Notes under the pieces: model-generated | Told to the model about the DNA's origin: nothing | The model's database searches: none | What the model saw: only the letters and a program-made list of their open reading frames with translations | In this document: in pieces, positions 1 to 9,678 of the stretch | Position numbering within the stretch: position 1 is the first letter of the stretch | Layout of the letters: every line of letters starts with the position of its first letter | Made by a program: the position numbers and the translations under genes | NCBI GenBank assembly: GCA_041659905.1 | Contig: JBAZXK010000001.1 | Location: 122,670 to 186,669 of the forward strand | Direction of reading: 5' to 3' | Length of the DNA: 64,000 nucleotides | From: Patescibacteria group bacterium | Lineage (GTDB): Bacteria > Patescibacteriota > Kazan-3B-28 > UBA10110

Positions 1-1978
1 TAAGCTAGTATCAAAATTTAAACCGGCAGGAGATCAACCGACAGCCATAAAACAACTGGTGGAGGGTTTGCGTAAAGGTTATCAACATCAAACTTTACTC
101 GGGGTGACTGGTTCGGGTAAAACTTTCACAATGGCCAAAGTAGTGGAAGAAATTCAGAGGCCTACTTTAGTGATCGCTCATAATAAAACTTTAGCTGCCC
201 AACTTGCGGCAGAATTTAAAGATTTATTTCCCAATAATGCCGTGCATTATTTTGTGTCTTATTACGATTATTATCAGCCGGAAGCTTATATCCCGAGAAC
301 TGATACCTACATTGCCAAGGACGCATCCATCAATGAAGAAATTGATAAATTACGCCATGCGGCCACTCAATCGTTACTCACCCGTTCGGATGTGCTAATT
401 GTGGCTTCCGTTTCCTGTATTTATGGGTTAGGCTCGCCGGAAGATTATCGGAGCATTGCTATAGAAATCCGGACTAATAAAAAATATATTCGCGAAGCCC
501 TGTTGCGTAAATTAGTGGATAGCCAATATAAACGCAATGATGTTAATTTTGTGCGGGGAACTTTCCGCATTCAAGGAGAAGTGTTGGAAGTTTTCCCGGC
601 TTATAGTGATACGGCCTATCGCATAGAATTTTTGGGCGATACGGTGGAAAAAATTAAGCAGGTAGATTATTTAACCGGCGAAATTTTGGCTAATTTGGAT
701 GTGCTAGAAATTTATCCAGCAAAACACTTTGTGATGCCCCAGGAACGAATTGATCACGCTATTATCCAAATTGAAGAGGAATTGCAGGAGCGGCTCCAGG
801 AACTAAAATCAGCCGATAAATTAGTGGAAGCTCAGCGCTTAGAACAGCGGACTCGTTATGATATTGAAATGCTCCGGGAAGTCGGGTATGTTTCTGGTAT
901 TGAAAATTATTCCCGGTATTTAGCAGGCAGAACGGCTGACGAAATGCCGTCTACTCTGTTGGATTATTTCCCGAAAGATTTCTTGATGTTTATCGATGAG
1001 TCGCATATGACTATTCCCCAGATCCGCGGAATGTACGAAGGCGATCATTCGCGCAAGATGACTCTAATTGAACACGGTTTCCGCCTACCTAGTGCTTACG
1101 ATAATCGTCCCCTCCGCTTCCCCGAGTTTAGTCAGCATATTAACCAAGTAGTGTATGTTTCAGCTACCCCAAATGAATATGAATTAGAATTAAGCCGGCA
1201 AGTAGTGGAACAGGTCGTGCGTCCAACCGGTTTAATTGATCCCGAGGTAGAAGTAAGGCCAATCACTGGCCAAATCGACAATCTGATGCAAGAAATTGGC
1301 CAAGTAGTTGCCAAGGGTTACCGAGTGTTAGTAACCACCCTTACTAAAAAAATGGCGGAAGATTTAACCGATTTTTTGAACGAACAGGGGATCAAAGTCC
1401 AGTATTTACATTCCGATGTGGACACTTTTGATCGCATCGAAATTTTACGGGATCTGCGTTTAGGCAAGTTTGACGTGATCGTCGGTATCAACCTGCTTCG
1501 TGAAGGATTAGATTTGCCGGAGGTGGCGCTGGTCGCTATTCTAGATGCCGATAAAGAAGGATTTTTGCGATCCCGCACCTCGCTGATCCAAACCTTCGGT
1601 CGAGCTTCTCGGAATGTGGAAGGTCGAGTGATTATGTATGCCGATCGGATCACCGGCTCCATGCAAGCGGCAATGGAAGAAGCTGCCCGCCGGCGCGAAA
1701 AACAAATTGCCTACAATCAAGAACATCATATTACCCCTACTTCAATTGTGCGCAAGATTGTCAGTATTGCTTCGGAAGCAGAAACTGAAGCAGCCAAGCA
1801 TGAAGCTGAAGAAAAACGTAAACTAACCAAATTTGCCAAAACTGCTCACAGTGGAGAGATTGAACTGCTAATTGCCGATTTGGAGAATCGGATGGATTTG
1901 GCTTCCAAAAATTTGGATTTTGAAACTGCCATTGAACTTCGCGATGAAATCGATTTTCTCAAAAATCAGATAAAATAA
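1..1978 (+). CDS. uvrB: Excinuclease ABC subunit B (UvrB), 5'-truncated by the window edge
   Basis: Translation upstream of the listed GTG start, in frame from nt 2, reads [23 protein letters not shown], matching the UvrB N-terminus. Walker [11 protein letters not shown], a helicase core, and a C-terminal UvrB/UvrC interaction motif ([10 protein letters not shown]) are present. Confidence 0.93.
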   Translation, partial: KLVSKFKPAGDQPTAIKQLVEGLRKGYQHQTLLGVTGSGKTFTMAKVVEEIQRPTLVIAHNKTLAAQLAAEFKDLFPNNAVHYFVSYYDYYQPEAYIPRTDTYIAKDASINEEIDKLRHAATQSLLTRSDVLIVASVSCIYGLGSPEDYRSIAIEIRTNKKYIREALLRKLVDSQYKRNDVNFVRGTFRIQGEVLEVFPAYSDTAYRIEFLGDTVEKIKQVDYLTGEILANLDVLEIYPAKHFVMPQERIDHAIIQIEEELQERLQELKSADKLVEAQRLEQRTRYDIEMLREVGYVSGIENYSRYLAGRTADEMPSTLLDYFPKDFLMFIDESHMTIPQIRGMYEGDHSRKMTLIEHGFRLPSAYDNRPLRFPEFSQHINQVVYVSATPNEYELELSRQVVEQVVRPTGLIDPEVEVRPITGQIDNLMQEIGQVVAKGYRVLVTTLTKKMAEDLTDFLNEQGIKVQYLHSDVDTFDRIEILRDLRLGKFDVIVGINLLREGLDLPEVALVAILDADKEGFLRSRTSLIQTFGRASRNVEGRVIMYADRITGSMQAAMEEAARRREKQIAYNQEHHITPTSIVRKIVSIASEAETEAAKHEAEEKRKLTKFAKTAHSGEIELLIADLENRMDLASKNLDFETAIELRDEIDFLKNQIK

Positions 1979-2019
1979 AACAGCTTATTAACGAGCTGTT
2001 GTAACTTAACATCCAGGAG

Positions 2020-2205
2020 GTGAAAGAAGTGACAACAGAAGAGCGCATCCAGACATTGGCCGATATGCAGAAAACGGCTGAAAAGGTGAAAGGATGGCCA
2101 TTATGGCGTCAAGCCGTGCTTGGCACTAAGCACTTTACAGACGCAGAACTTAAGGCCTACAAGGCGGGCAAATCCTATGTTGATAGCGAGGACCCTCGCT
2201 CTTAA
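2020..2205 (+). CDS. small hypothetical protein (61 aa; the true start may be GTG at 2029)
   Basis: AGGAGG SD at 2014-2019; ORF followed by a hairpin terminator. Confidence 0.45.
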   Translation: MKEVTTEERIQTLADMQKTAEKVKGWPLWRQAVLGTKHFTDAELKAYKAGKSYVDSEDPRS

Positions 2206-2220
2206 CTTCTAAAACCAACT

Positions 2221-2245
2221 AAACCACCCTAAGGGTGGTTTTTAC
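2221..2245. terminator. bidirectional rho-independent terminator between convergent genes
   Basis: aaaccaccctaagggtggttttt: 6-bp GC stem, 3-nt loop, T-run. The reverse complement also has an A/T run. Confidence 0.7.
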
Positions 2246-3384
2246 TTGCTGGATCGGCCGCCCATCAGGGGCCATTCTTCGAGAATGACAAAAAACACAG
2301 AAGCGACTGGCACGGCCAGAAGCATACCTAAGATGCCCATCAGTTTGGCTCCAATCAGAATGATAATAATGATACTGATAGGGTTTAAACCGACGGTGTG
2401 CTGCATCACCTTAGGCACGAGCAGCTTGTTTTCCAATTCTTGCACTAAAATATAAAAAATAGTTACCATCAAGGCAGTTGTCGGCGAAATAGTGAAGGCG
2501 ATCAAAATGGCCGGCACTGCTGAAATAATCGGTCCGATAATGGGGATAATCTCTAATATTCCCGCCAAAATAGCTAAAGTCAGGGCATAAGGTATATTCA
2601 TCAACCAGAGGCCGACATAAACCAACAGCCCGACGATAATGCCCAAAATGATTTGGCCGCGGAGCCAGCCGCCCAATTTTACGCCAATTTTATGGGCAAT
2701 AGTGATTAAACGAGCTTTTTGTTTAATAGGGAACAAGGAAATAAAAAATTTCTTGATCCCATCTTCATCCAAAACTAGATAAAGAGTTAAAATAAACATC
2801 ACTGCCAATGCCGCCGCTCCGTTGAAGAAGCCGATAGTAGTATTAAAGATGTTTTGCAAAAATCCGCCCAAAAAATTAGATAATGAGTTGAGAGTTTCTT
2901 GGGAAGCATTGAGCCAAGCGTCGTTGCCGAGGTTTTTGAGGCTAGTGATCAAATTGCCGAAAGTCTTGAGATAGTCAGGCAACATAGCGGCCAATTGTTG
3001 GATCTGAATGATCAGTGGCGGCACAATGAAATAAACCACTGCGCTAATGAGAGCCAAGATAAATAAATAAACCATAATCACAGCGATAACTCGCGGACAC
3101 TTACGACGGCATAATTTGTCTATCACCGGAGAAAGGGCCGCTGCGATAATAACCGACACAAAAATAATAGCGATAATGTCGCGCACAAAATACAAAAACC
3201 ACAGCGCCAATAAAACCAGAATAACTTTAAAAATGGAGCCAGTTGATATATCTAGAATAGTTTTTTGATTCATTGTTGTTATAGTGGAAGTAGAGTAAAG
3301 CGAACATGATGCTATCGCCCACATTATACATAATATTGATAAAAAATCATTGGAATTTTTAGAAATTAGTTTATCTGATCCCAT
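2242..3384 (-). CDS. AI-2E family transporter-like (UPF0118/PerM) multi-pass membrane protein
   Basis: 380 aa with about 8 predicted TM helices. Composition and length are typical of the AI-2E/YhhT family. Confidence 0.6.
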   Translation of the reverse strand: MGSDKLISKNSNDFLSILCIMWAIASCSLYSTSTITTMNQKTILDISTGSIFKVILVLLALWFLYFVRDIIAIIFVSVIIAAALSPVIDKLCRRKCPRVIAVIMVYLFILALISAVVYFIVPPLIIQIQQLAAMLPDYLKTFGNLITSLKNLGNDAWLNASQETLNSLSNFLGGFLQNIFNTTIGFFNGAAALAVMFILTLYLVLDEDGIKKFFISLFPIKQKARLITIAHKIGVKLGGWLRGQIILGIIVGLLVYVGLWLMNIPYALTLAILAGILEIIPIIGPIISAVPAILIAFTISPTTALMVTIFYILVQELENKLLVPKVMQHTVGLNPISIIIIILIGAKLMGILGMLLAVPVASVFFVILEEWPLMGGRSSK

Positions 3385-4219
3385 TTATCCTGAATTACTA
3401 AAGCAGATTTTTGATCCTCCGGAGCGATTGTGGGTGTGGGGCAATCCAGAAATTTTAAATAATCCGGCCATAGCCATTGTGGGTTCACGTAAACCGAGCG
3501 ATTATGGTGTCCGGGCAGCTGGGTGGTTAGCCCGGGGATTAAGTCCTCATGCCTATATTATTTCCGGTCTGGCTTATGGCGTTGATACGGTGGCCCTGAC
3601 GGAGGCGGCCGATCCAGGCAAAGCCATAGCGGTGATCGGTTCCGGACTAGACAGAGATAGTTTTTATCCGGCCAGTAATTGGCAATTAGCCCAGCGGATC
3701 GTTGAGCATGGCGGAGCCATTATTTCAGAATATCCCATCGGCACGCCTCCCCTGAAACATCACTTTCCGGCTAGAAATCGGATTATCGCTGGACTGGCGT
3801 TAGGCGTGGTAGCAGTAGAAGCTGGTGAGAAAAGCGGAGCCCTGATCACTACCGATCTGGCTTTGCAATTCAATCGCGATGTGTTTGCTATAGCCGGGAG
3901 CGTCTTTGCTCCACAAGCAGTGGGTACTAATAAGTTAATTAAAGACGGTGCTCAAATTATTACCCAGGTCAGCGATGTGCTAACTAGTTTGGGTATCTCT
4001 GCTGCAGATCTTCCTATCCAGCCAAGGCTGGATTTATCAACTGTCGAACAAACCATCATTAATATATTGGCTACTCAAGCAGAGGGGCTATCAGTGAATG
4101 AGTTAACTAGCCGGGTTCAGCTTGACACCCAGAAAGTCAGTAGTACACTGACGATGATGGAAATTAAAGGAGTGGTGAAGAATCTGGGGGCCGGCAAATT
4201 TACCTGCCTGGTAAGTTAG
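3350..4219 (+). CDS. dprA: DNA processing protein DprA (Smf)
   Basis: IAIVGSRKPS..YG, GLAYGVDT, AVIGSGLD, FPARNRIIAGL, EAGEKSGALITT: Rossmann-like DprA core motifs. Confidence 0.88.
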   Translation: MEFLEISLSDPIYPELLKQIFDPPERLWVWGNPEILNNPAIAIVGSRKPSDYGVRAAGWLARGLSPHAYIISGLAYGVDTVALTEAADPGKAIAVIGSGLDRDSFYPASNWQLAQRIVEHGGAIISEYPIGTPPLKHHFPARNRIIAGLALGVVAVEAGEKSGALITTDLALQFNRDVFAIAGSVFAPQAVGTNKLIKDGAQIITQVSDVLTSLGISAADLPIQPRLDLSTVEQTIINILATQAEGLSVNELTSRVQLDTQKVSSTLTMMEIKGVVKNLGAGKFTCLVS

Positions 4220-4301
4220 TGTAAATATAATTTTGTGTTGGATAGATAAGCAGAAAGACCACTACTTGTGTTTTTAGCAAAAAGTATATATCATAAAATT
4301 A

Positions 4302-6959
4302 ATGAACAGTCAAAAAAACATCTTTTGTGATATTTCTTCTCTTTCAAATGAAAGCGATGTGGAACAATTCTTTGTCATCAGATTATTACAATATCTTGGA
4401 TATTCTGATAATCAAATAAAAACCAAAACATCGCTTGATGAATTTCTTATCGGAAAAGGGGCTAAAAACGAAAAGTATAAACCTGATTATGTTTGTTTTG
4501 TGAACAACAAACCAAAGATTGTAATAGACGCAAAATCCCCCCAAGAAAATATTAATAATTATGTTTACCAAGTATCGGGTTATGCTTTAGCCTTAAATAA
4601 AAAATTCAGAAACGAAAACCCAGTTCGGTATACAGTTTTGACTAATGGAGTGGCATTTGCCCTTTATAATTGGGATGAGGAAGAACCTATATTAATTTGT
4701 AATTTTGAAGATTTTAATGAGAATAGTGTACTCTTTAAAAAACTCATTTCCTTGTTGGATGTAAAACATGTAAAACATTTAGCTGGCAATGTAGACTTCT
4801 CGCTTCAGAATTTTTTGAGTAAACCAACTGTAGAAGAAGTAAAATCATCATTTAATAGATGTCATAATATTATTTGGAAAAAGGAAAAGATCAGTCCAAC
4901 AGATGCTTTTTATGAATTTTCTAAGATAATTTTCGTAAAGCTTAGTGAAGATGCTCGTATACACAGATTAAAGAATGAAAATAAAGAACTTCGACGGACT
5001 GATTTTAAGTTTTCAACAGACTGGCTTGAAGAGCGGGAAATTGAAACAGAAAATCCACTAAGTTCAATTTTGTTTAAAGATATTTATGACAAGCTTCAAG
5101 AGGAGATTGATAAAAATAAAAAGAAACAAATTTTCCTAGAAGGTCAAATAGAGTTAAAAGCCCCAACAATCAAAGAGGTGGTTAGAGTGTTACAAAACTA
5201 CGATCTCTATGCCATAGACGAAGACTTAAATGGCCGTATGTTTGAAACATTCTTAAACGCTACAATCAGAGGTAAGGAATTAGGTCAATACTTCACACCC
5301 AGAAAAGTCGTTAAGTTTATGACTAAGCTCGCAAATCTGAGGATTGTAAGAGAGAACGATAAAAACAAAATTGATAGAGTTCTTGACGCATGTTGTGGTA
5401 GTGGAGGTTTTCTCATTGATGCAATGGCAGACTTAACCAGTAAAGTCGAACTCAATAATAGCCTTATACCATATAAAAACGAACTTTTTACTCAAATAAA
5501 AACTGAGGCTCTTTGGGGAATAGAAGCCAATCCCAAAATTTCTAGGGTGGCCAGAATAAACATGTATGCGCATGGTGATGGTGGAAGTAGGATTTATTGT
5601 GCCGACTCATTAGATAAAAACATTTCTATCACTAAAGGCACTAATCCAATTATTAAGAAAGAATTAGAAGAACTAAAGAAACTTCTCGTGGAAGAAGGGG
5701 TTGAATTTGATGTGGTTCTTACTAATCCACCTTTTAGTATGTCTTACAGCCAAAAAGATAAGGATGAAAAAGAAGTCCTTTTACAATATGCAAATTCAGA
5801 TTATACACAAAATCTGACCTTAAAAAGTGGAACAACGGAACTAAAATCTTCAGTAAAATCGAATGTTTTATTTATTGCTAGGTACAACAGTTTATTGAGA
5901 AAAGGTGGAAAATTACTAATTATTTTGGACAACTCTGTTCTTAACAGTTATTCTCATAAAGAATACAGAGATTATATTAGGAATAATTTCATTATTAAAG
6001 CCATTTTTCAATTACCAACTCATACTTTTGTTAATCAAGAGGCGGGTGGTATCACCTCAATTCTATATCTTGAAAAGAGAATATCAGCAGTACAAGAACA
6101 GCCCCCTGTTTTTGCAAGGGAAATAGAAAATGTAGGTCACAGTACATCAGGGAAAGAATTGTCCGTAGATGATTTTGATAATGTCCTGAAGGAATATAAA
6201 AGATACGAATTAGAGGGGAAACTCTATTTTAAAGGTGAAAAACCATTGAAGGATTATGAACACGATCTACTCTTTCTGGTCCCAGCCGAAAAGATTCCAG
6301 ACAGATTAGATGTCTTTTTTCACCAACCAAGCTATCACAATCTTTTAAGTAAACTTCGCTCTTTGAGCAGTAAAGGCAAATGTGAAATAAAGACCTTGTC
6401 TGATTTTGAAAAAATACCGAACATAGACACAGAAGAAACAGATGATTCAGACGCGATATACAAATATATTGATATCAGCACCATTGATAAGGAGAGAGGT
6501 TTTATTATGGAGGATGATTGCGATGAAGGCACAAGGGAACAACTGCCTGATAGGGCTAAGCTTCTAGTTAGACAAAATGACATAATTTTTTCGAAACCAT
6601 TTAGGTCATTGAAAAAAGTAGCTATTATTCCGTTGTCGTTAGACAAACAATTAGCTAGTAGTGGCTTCTACGGCATTCGTCCTTCAAATCGCGAAGAAGC
6701 TTGTATATTATGGAGTATATTCAAATCAAACTTGATACAAGTCCAGTTGCTTCATTTATCTAGCGGTTATACTCAACGGGAATTAAACGAAGAATATTTG
6801 AAAGAGTATCTTTTAATACCAATAACAAACAAAAAAGATGAACTTGCTAGAGCTATAGAAAATAGTATTTCTGAAGCAACTGATGCTCGTCAAGAAGAAT
6901 TAAAGGCAATTAGAAATATCATCTCTGAACCAGAGAAATCAATAGAGTATATAAATTAA
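4302..6959 (+). CDS. Single-polypeptide Type IIG/IIL (MmeI-like) restriction-modification enzyme: N-terminal PD-(D/E)xK nuclease, gamma-class N6-adenine MTase, C-terminal HsdS-like target-recognition domain
   Basis: KPDYVCF...IVIDAK (PD...D-x-K), GQYFTP, motif I VLDACCGSGGFL, motif IV NPPFS. The C-terminus (AKLLVRQNDIIFSKPF...VAIIP...QLASSGFYGIRP) resembles a type I S-subunit TRD. The gene is markedly AT-richer than its flanks and has no SD. Confidence 0.75.
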   Translation: MNSQKNIFCDISSLSNESDVEQFFVIRLLQYLGYSDNQIKTKTSLDEFLIGKGAKNEKYKPDYVCFVNNKPKIVIDAKSPQENINNYVYQVSGYALALNKKFRNENPVRYTVLTNGVAFALYNWDEEEPILICNFEDFNENSVLFKKLISLLDVKHVKHLAGNVDFSLQNFLSKPTVEEVKSSFNRCHNIIWKKEKISPTDAFYEFSKIIFVKLSEDARIHRLKNENKELRRTDFKFSTDWLEEREIETENPLSSILFKDIYDKLQEEIDKNKKKQIFLEGQIELKAPTIKEVVRVLQNYDLYAIDEDLNGRMFETFLNATIRGKELGQYFTPRKVVKFMTKLANLRIVRENDKNKIDRVLDACCGSGGFLIDAMADLTSKVELNNSLIPYKNELFTQIKTEALWGIEANPKISRVARINMYAHGDGGSRIYCADSLDKNISITKGTNPIIKKELEELKKLLVEEGVEFDVVLTNPPFSMSYSQKDKDEKEVLLQYANSDYTQNLTLKSGTTELKSSVKSNVLFIARYNSLLRKGGKLLIILDNSVLNSYSHKEYRDYIRNNFIIKAIFQLPTHTFVNQEAGGITSILYLEKRISAVQEQPPVFAREIENVGHSTSGKELSVDDFDNVLKEYKRYELEGKLYFKGEKPLKDYEHDLLFLVPAEKIPDRLDVFFHQPSYHNLLSKLRSLSSKGKCEIKTLSDFEKIPNIDTEETDDSDAIYKYIDISTIDKERGFIMEDDCDEGTREQLPDRAKLLVRQNDIIFSKPFRSLKKVAIIPLSLDKQLASSGFYGIRPSNREEACILWSIFKSNLIQVQLLHLSSGYTQRELNEEYLKEYLLIPITNKKDELARAIENSISEATDARQEELKAIRNIISEPEKSIEYIN

Positions 6960-6966
6960 AATTCGT

Positions 6967-9186
6967 ATGTCTGAATCAAAAAAATTAGTAGTAGTGGAAT
7001 CGCCCACCAAGGCGCGCACTATCAGTCATATTTTAGGCAACCGCTACGTGGTAGAGGCATCGATGGGACATTTGCGCGATTTGCCTAAAGCTAAATTAGG
7101 CGTCGATGTAGAACACGATTTTTCCCCTGATTACATTATTCCTACTGCCAGCCGCAAAGTGGTAACTAAATTAAAAAATCTGTATGAACAATACCCGGAT
7201 CTTATTTTAGCAACTGACGAAGACAGGGAAGGCGAAGCGATCGGCTGGCATATCACGCAAGCTCTCGGGATTGATCCGGTAAAAGTTCCGCGAATTGCCT
7301 TCCATGAAATTACTCGGGAGGCGGTTAAAGAAGCGCTGGAACATCCGCGGCAGCTTGATTTTAATTTAGTGGATGCCCAACAGGCCCGCCGCATTTTGGA
7401 TCGATTAGTCGGTTATAAATTATCCCCACTGTTATGGAAAAAAATATTTAGGGGGTTATCGGCTGGCCGAGTGCAATCAGTCACGGTGCGGTTGATTGTC
7501 GACCGCGAACGCGAAATCCAAAAGTTTACTCCAGAAGAATATTGGAAGATCAAAGTTGTCTATCAAGCCAAGCAGGGAAAATTTACTGCCGAGTTGGCTA
7601 CCATTGGTGATCAGCCAGCAGTAGTAAATAATCAAATTACGGCCGACCAGGTTGTGGCCGATCTTAAAGCAAACCCCTCGCAAATTACTAAATTAGTTAC
7701 TGCAGATAGGCTAAGATACCCCGGAGAGCCCTTAACCACCTCTACCTTGCAGCAGCAAGCCGGAACGCGCTTTGGATTCAGTGTTAAAAAAACCATGCTC
7801 TTAGCTCAACAGCTTTATGAAGGAGTCGCTTTGGGTGAAGGCGGTCATGCTGGTTTAATTACTTATATGCGTACTGATTCGGTTAATATTTCTTCGCGAG
7901 TGATTGATGATATTCGCAGTTGGGTGGATCAACAATTCGGCCCGCAATATGTACCGACCAAAGCCTATACGTACAAAAGTAAAAGCAAAACTGCCCAAGA
8001 AGCGCACGAAGCGATCCGTCCATCGGTGCCGTCTCGGACTCCAGACAGCCTATCGCCTTTTCTATCTCCAGATCAGGCCAAGCTGTATCGTTTAATCTGG
8101 GAAAGAACCATGGCTTCCCAAATGGCCCCGGCCATTTTGAGTCAAACTGATGTGATAGTGACATCGACAGATAAAACTTTAACTGCCCAGGGAGTGCAGA
8201 TCAAATTCCCGGGATTCTTTACTGTGCTCACTAAATCGCCGGTGTCAGAAATCACCCTGCCAGCCTTAACCCAAAATGAACCAGTACAGGCCCAGGAAGT
8301 GATGTCAGAACAAAAATTCACCGAACCGCCTGAGCGGTACACCGAGCCAGCTTTAGTTAAAACCTTAGAGAAACTAGGGATTGGCCGGCCGTCCACTTAT
8401 GCACCGACATTAACGACTATTGCTACCCGGGGTTATGTTAAAAAAGAAAAACGCTATTTAATTCCCCAAGAAACTGGTTTTTTGGTGAATGATTTTTTGG
8501 CACAACATTTTCCTGATATTGTTGATGTTCATTTTACCGCCCGGATGGAAGATGATCTAGACGAAATCGCCGACGGCAAACGCAAGTGGCAAGATGTGAT
8601 CAGGGAATTTTATCAGACTTTTGCTAAAATCCTAACCGAGAAGGAAAAAACATTATCCCGGCAAAATGAAGGTGAAAAAACAGACGAGGTGTGCGAAAAA
8701 TGCGGAGGGGCGATGGTGATCAAACGGGGCAGATTTGGTAAATTCATGGCTTGCACCAACTTTCCTAAATGTAAAAACACTAAACCGCTCGATGAAAAAA
8801 GCGGCGCACCAGAGCCGGTAGAAGTCACCGACGTAAAATGCGCTAAATGCGGCAATCCGATGGTGAAGCGCAAAAGCAGATACGGAGATTTTTTGGGCTG
8901 TAGCGGGTATCCGAAATGCGATTATATCCAAAATCTCAATCCTAATAATGGCGAAGTGGGCGGGAGTTGTCCTAAATGCAGTAGCGGTAAGGTCGTAGAA
9001 CGGCGCACCAAGCGAGGAAAGGTTTTTTATGGTTGCAGCGTGTATCCGAAATGCGATTTTGCCAGTTGGGACAGGCCAGTGCCAGAGAAATGCCCAACTT
9101 GTGGCGGTTGGATGGCAGCGTCTAAGACTAAAAAGGCTCCAGTATGCCAGAGTTGTGGTTTTGTCGATAAGGAGATTAAGGCTTAA
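6967..9186 (+). CDS. topA: DNA topoisomerase I with C-terminal C4 zinc-ribbon repeats
   Basis: TOPRIM N-terminus (VVVESPTKARTI, DEDREGE), catalytic region GLITYMRTDS, and at least four CxxC...CxxC zinc ribbons at the C-terminus. Confidence 0.93.
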   Translation: MSESKKLVVVESPTKARTISHILGNRYVVEASMGHLRDLPKAKLGVDVEHDFSPDYIIPTASRKVVTKLKNLYEQYPDLILATDEDREGEAIGWHITQALGIDPVKVPRIAFHEITREAVKEALEHPRQLDFNLVDAQQARRILDRLVGYKLSPLLWKKIFRGLSAGRVQSVTVRLIVDREREIQKFTPEEYWKIKVVYQAKQGKFTAELATIGDQPAVVNNQITADQVVADLKANPSQITKLVTADRLRYPGEPLTTSTLQQQAGTRFGFSVKKTMLLAQQLYEGVALGEGGHAGLITYMRTDSVNISSRVIDDIRSWVDQQFGPQYVPTKAYTYKSKSKTAQEAHEAIRPSVPSRTPDSLSPFLSPDQAKLYRLIWERTMASQMAPAILSQTDVIVTSTDKTLTAQGVQIKFPGFFTVLTKSPVSEITLPALTQNEPVQAQEVMSEQKFTEPPERYTEPALVKTLEKLGIGRPSTYAPTLTTIATRGYVKKEKRYLIPQETGFLVNDFLAQHFPDIVDVHFTARMEDDLDEIADGKRKWQDVIREFYQTFAKILTEKEKTLSRQNEGEKTDEVCEKCGGAMVIKRGRFGKFMACTNFPKCKNTKPLDEKSGAPEPVEVTDVKCAKCGNPMVKRKSRYGDFLGCSGYPKCDYIQNLNPNNGEVGGSCPKCSSGKVVERRTKRGKVFYGCSVYPKCDFASWDRPVPEKCPTCGGWMAASKTKKAPVCQSCGFVDKEIKA

Positions 9187-9226
9187 AGTCTGGATTTTCT
9201 CTGAGTTTTAAGTTATTATACAAGCT

Positions 9227-9676
9227 ATGAAGAAGGGTAAAGATCAGTCTAACCAGGCCAATTCTTTGCCTAAAAGGCTCTTGGCTCCACCTGGGCTCAT
9301 TATGACCGGCAGTGTTTTGTTGCTAGTTTTGGCAGAAAAATATTGGTTTAGAGGAGCCTTAGCTGAAGATCTCCCTTCTGGCGATACGGCAGCCGGTTTT
9401 AACGTTTTTGCTGATCTGATTCAAGAAGCAGCAGGGCCGCTGGTGGGGGTGATCGCCGTTGCGGCGGTGGTAGCCGGAGGAATTATTTATGCTCTTTCCG
9501 GCGGGGAACCAGGGAGAGTTAAAATGGCTAAAAATGTTATTTTATCAGCTATTTACGGCCTGATACTATATATTCTTATGAAATGGTTAATGCAACTTTT
9601 AGGTACTACAGTTACTGATTATTTCTCCGATTTAACTAACATTGCTTGGGTGATGTTTGGTCCTAAGCTTGGCTAA
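9227..9676 (+). CDS. small membrane protein with signal-like N-terminus and two hydrophobic helices (VirB2/TrbC pilin-like topology)
   Basis: Basic N-terminus, then hydrophobic stretches GPLVGVIAVAAVVAGGIIYAL and VILSAIYGLILYILMKWLMQLL separated by a short polar loop. No SD. Confidence 0.45.
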   Translation: MKKGKDQSNQANSLPKRLLAPPGLIMTGSVLLLVLAEKYWFRGALAEDLPSGDTAAGFNVFADLIQEAAGPLVGVIAVAAVVAGGIIYALSGGEPGRVKMAKNVILSAIYGLILYILMKWLMQLLGTTVTDYFSDLTNIAWVMFGPKLG

Positions 9677-9678
9677 TT

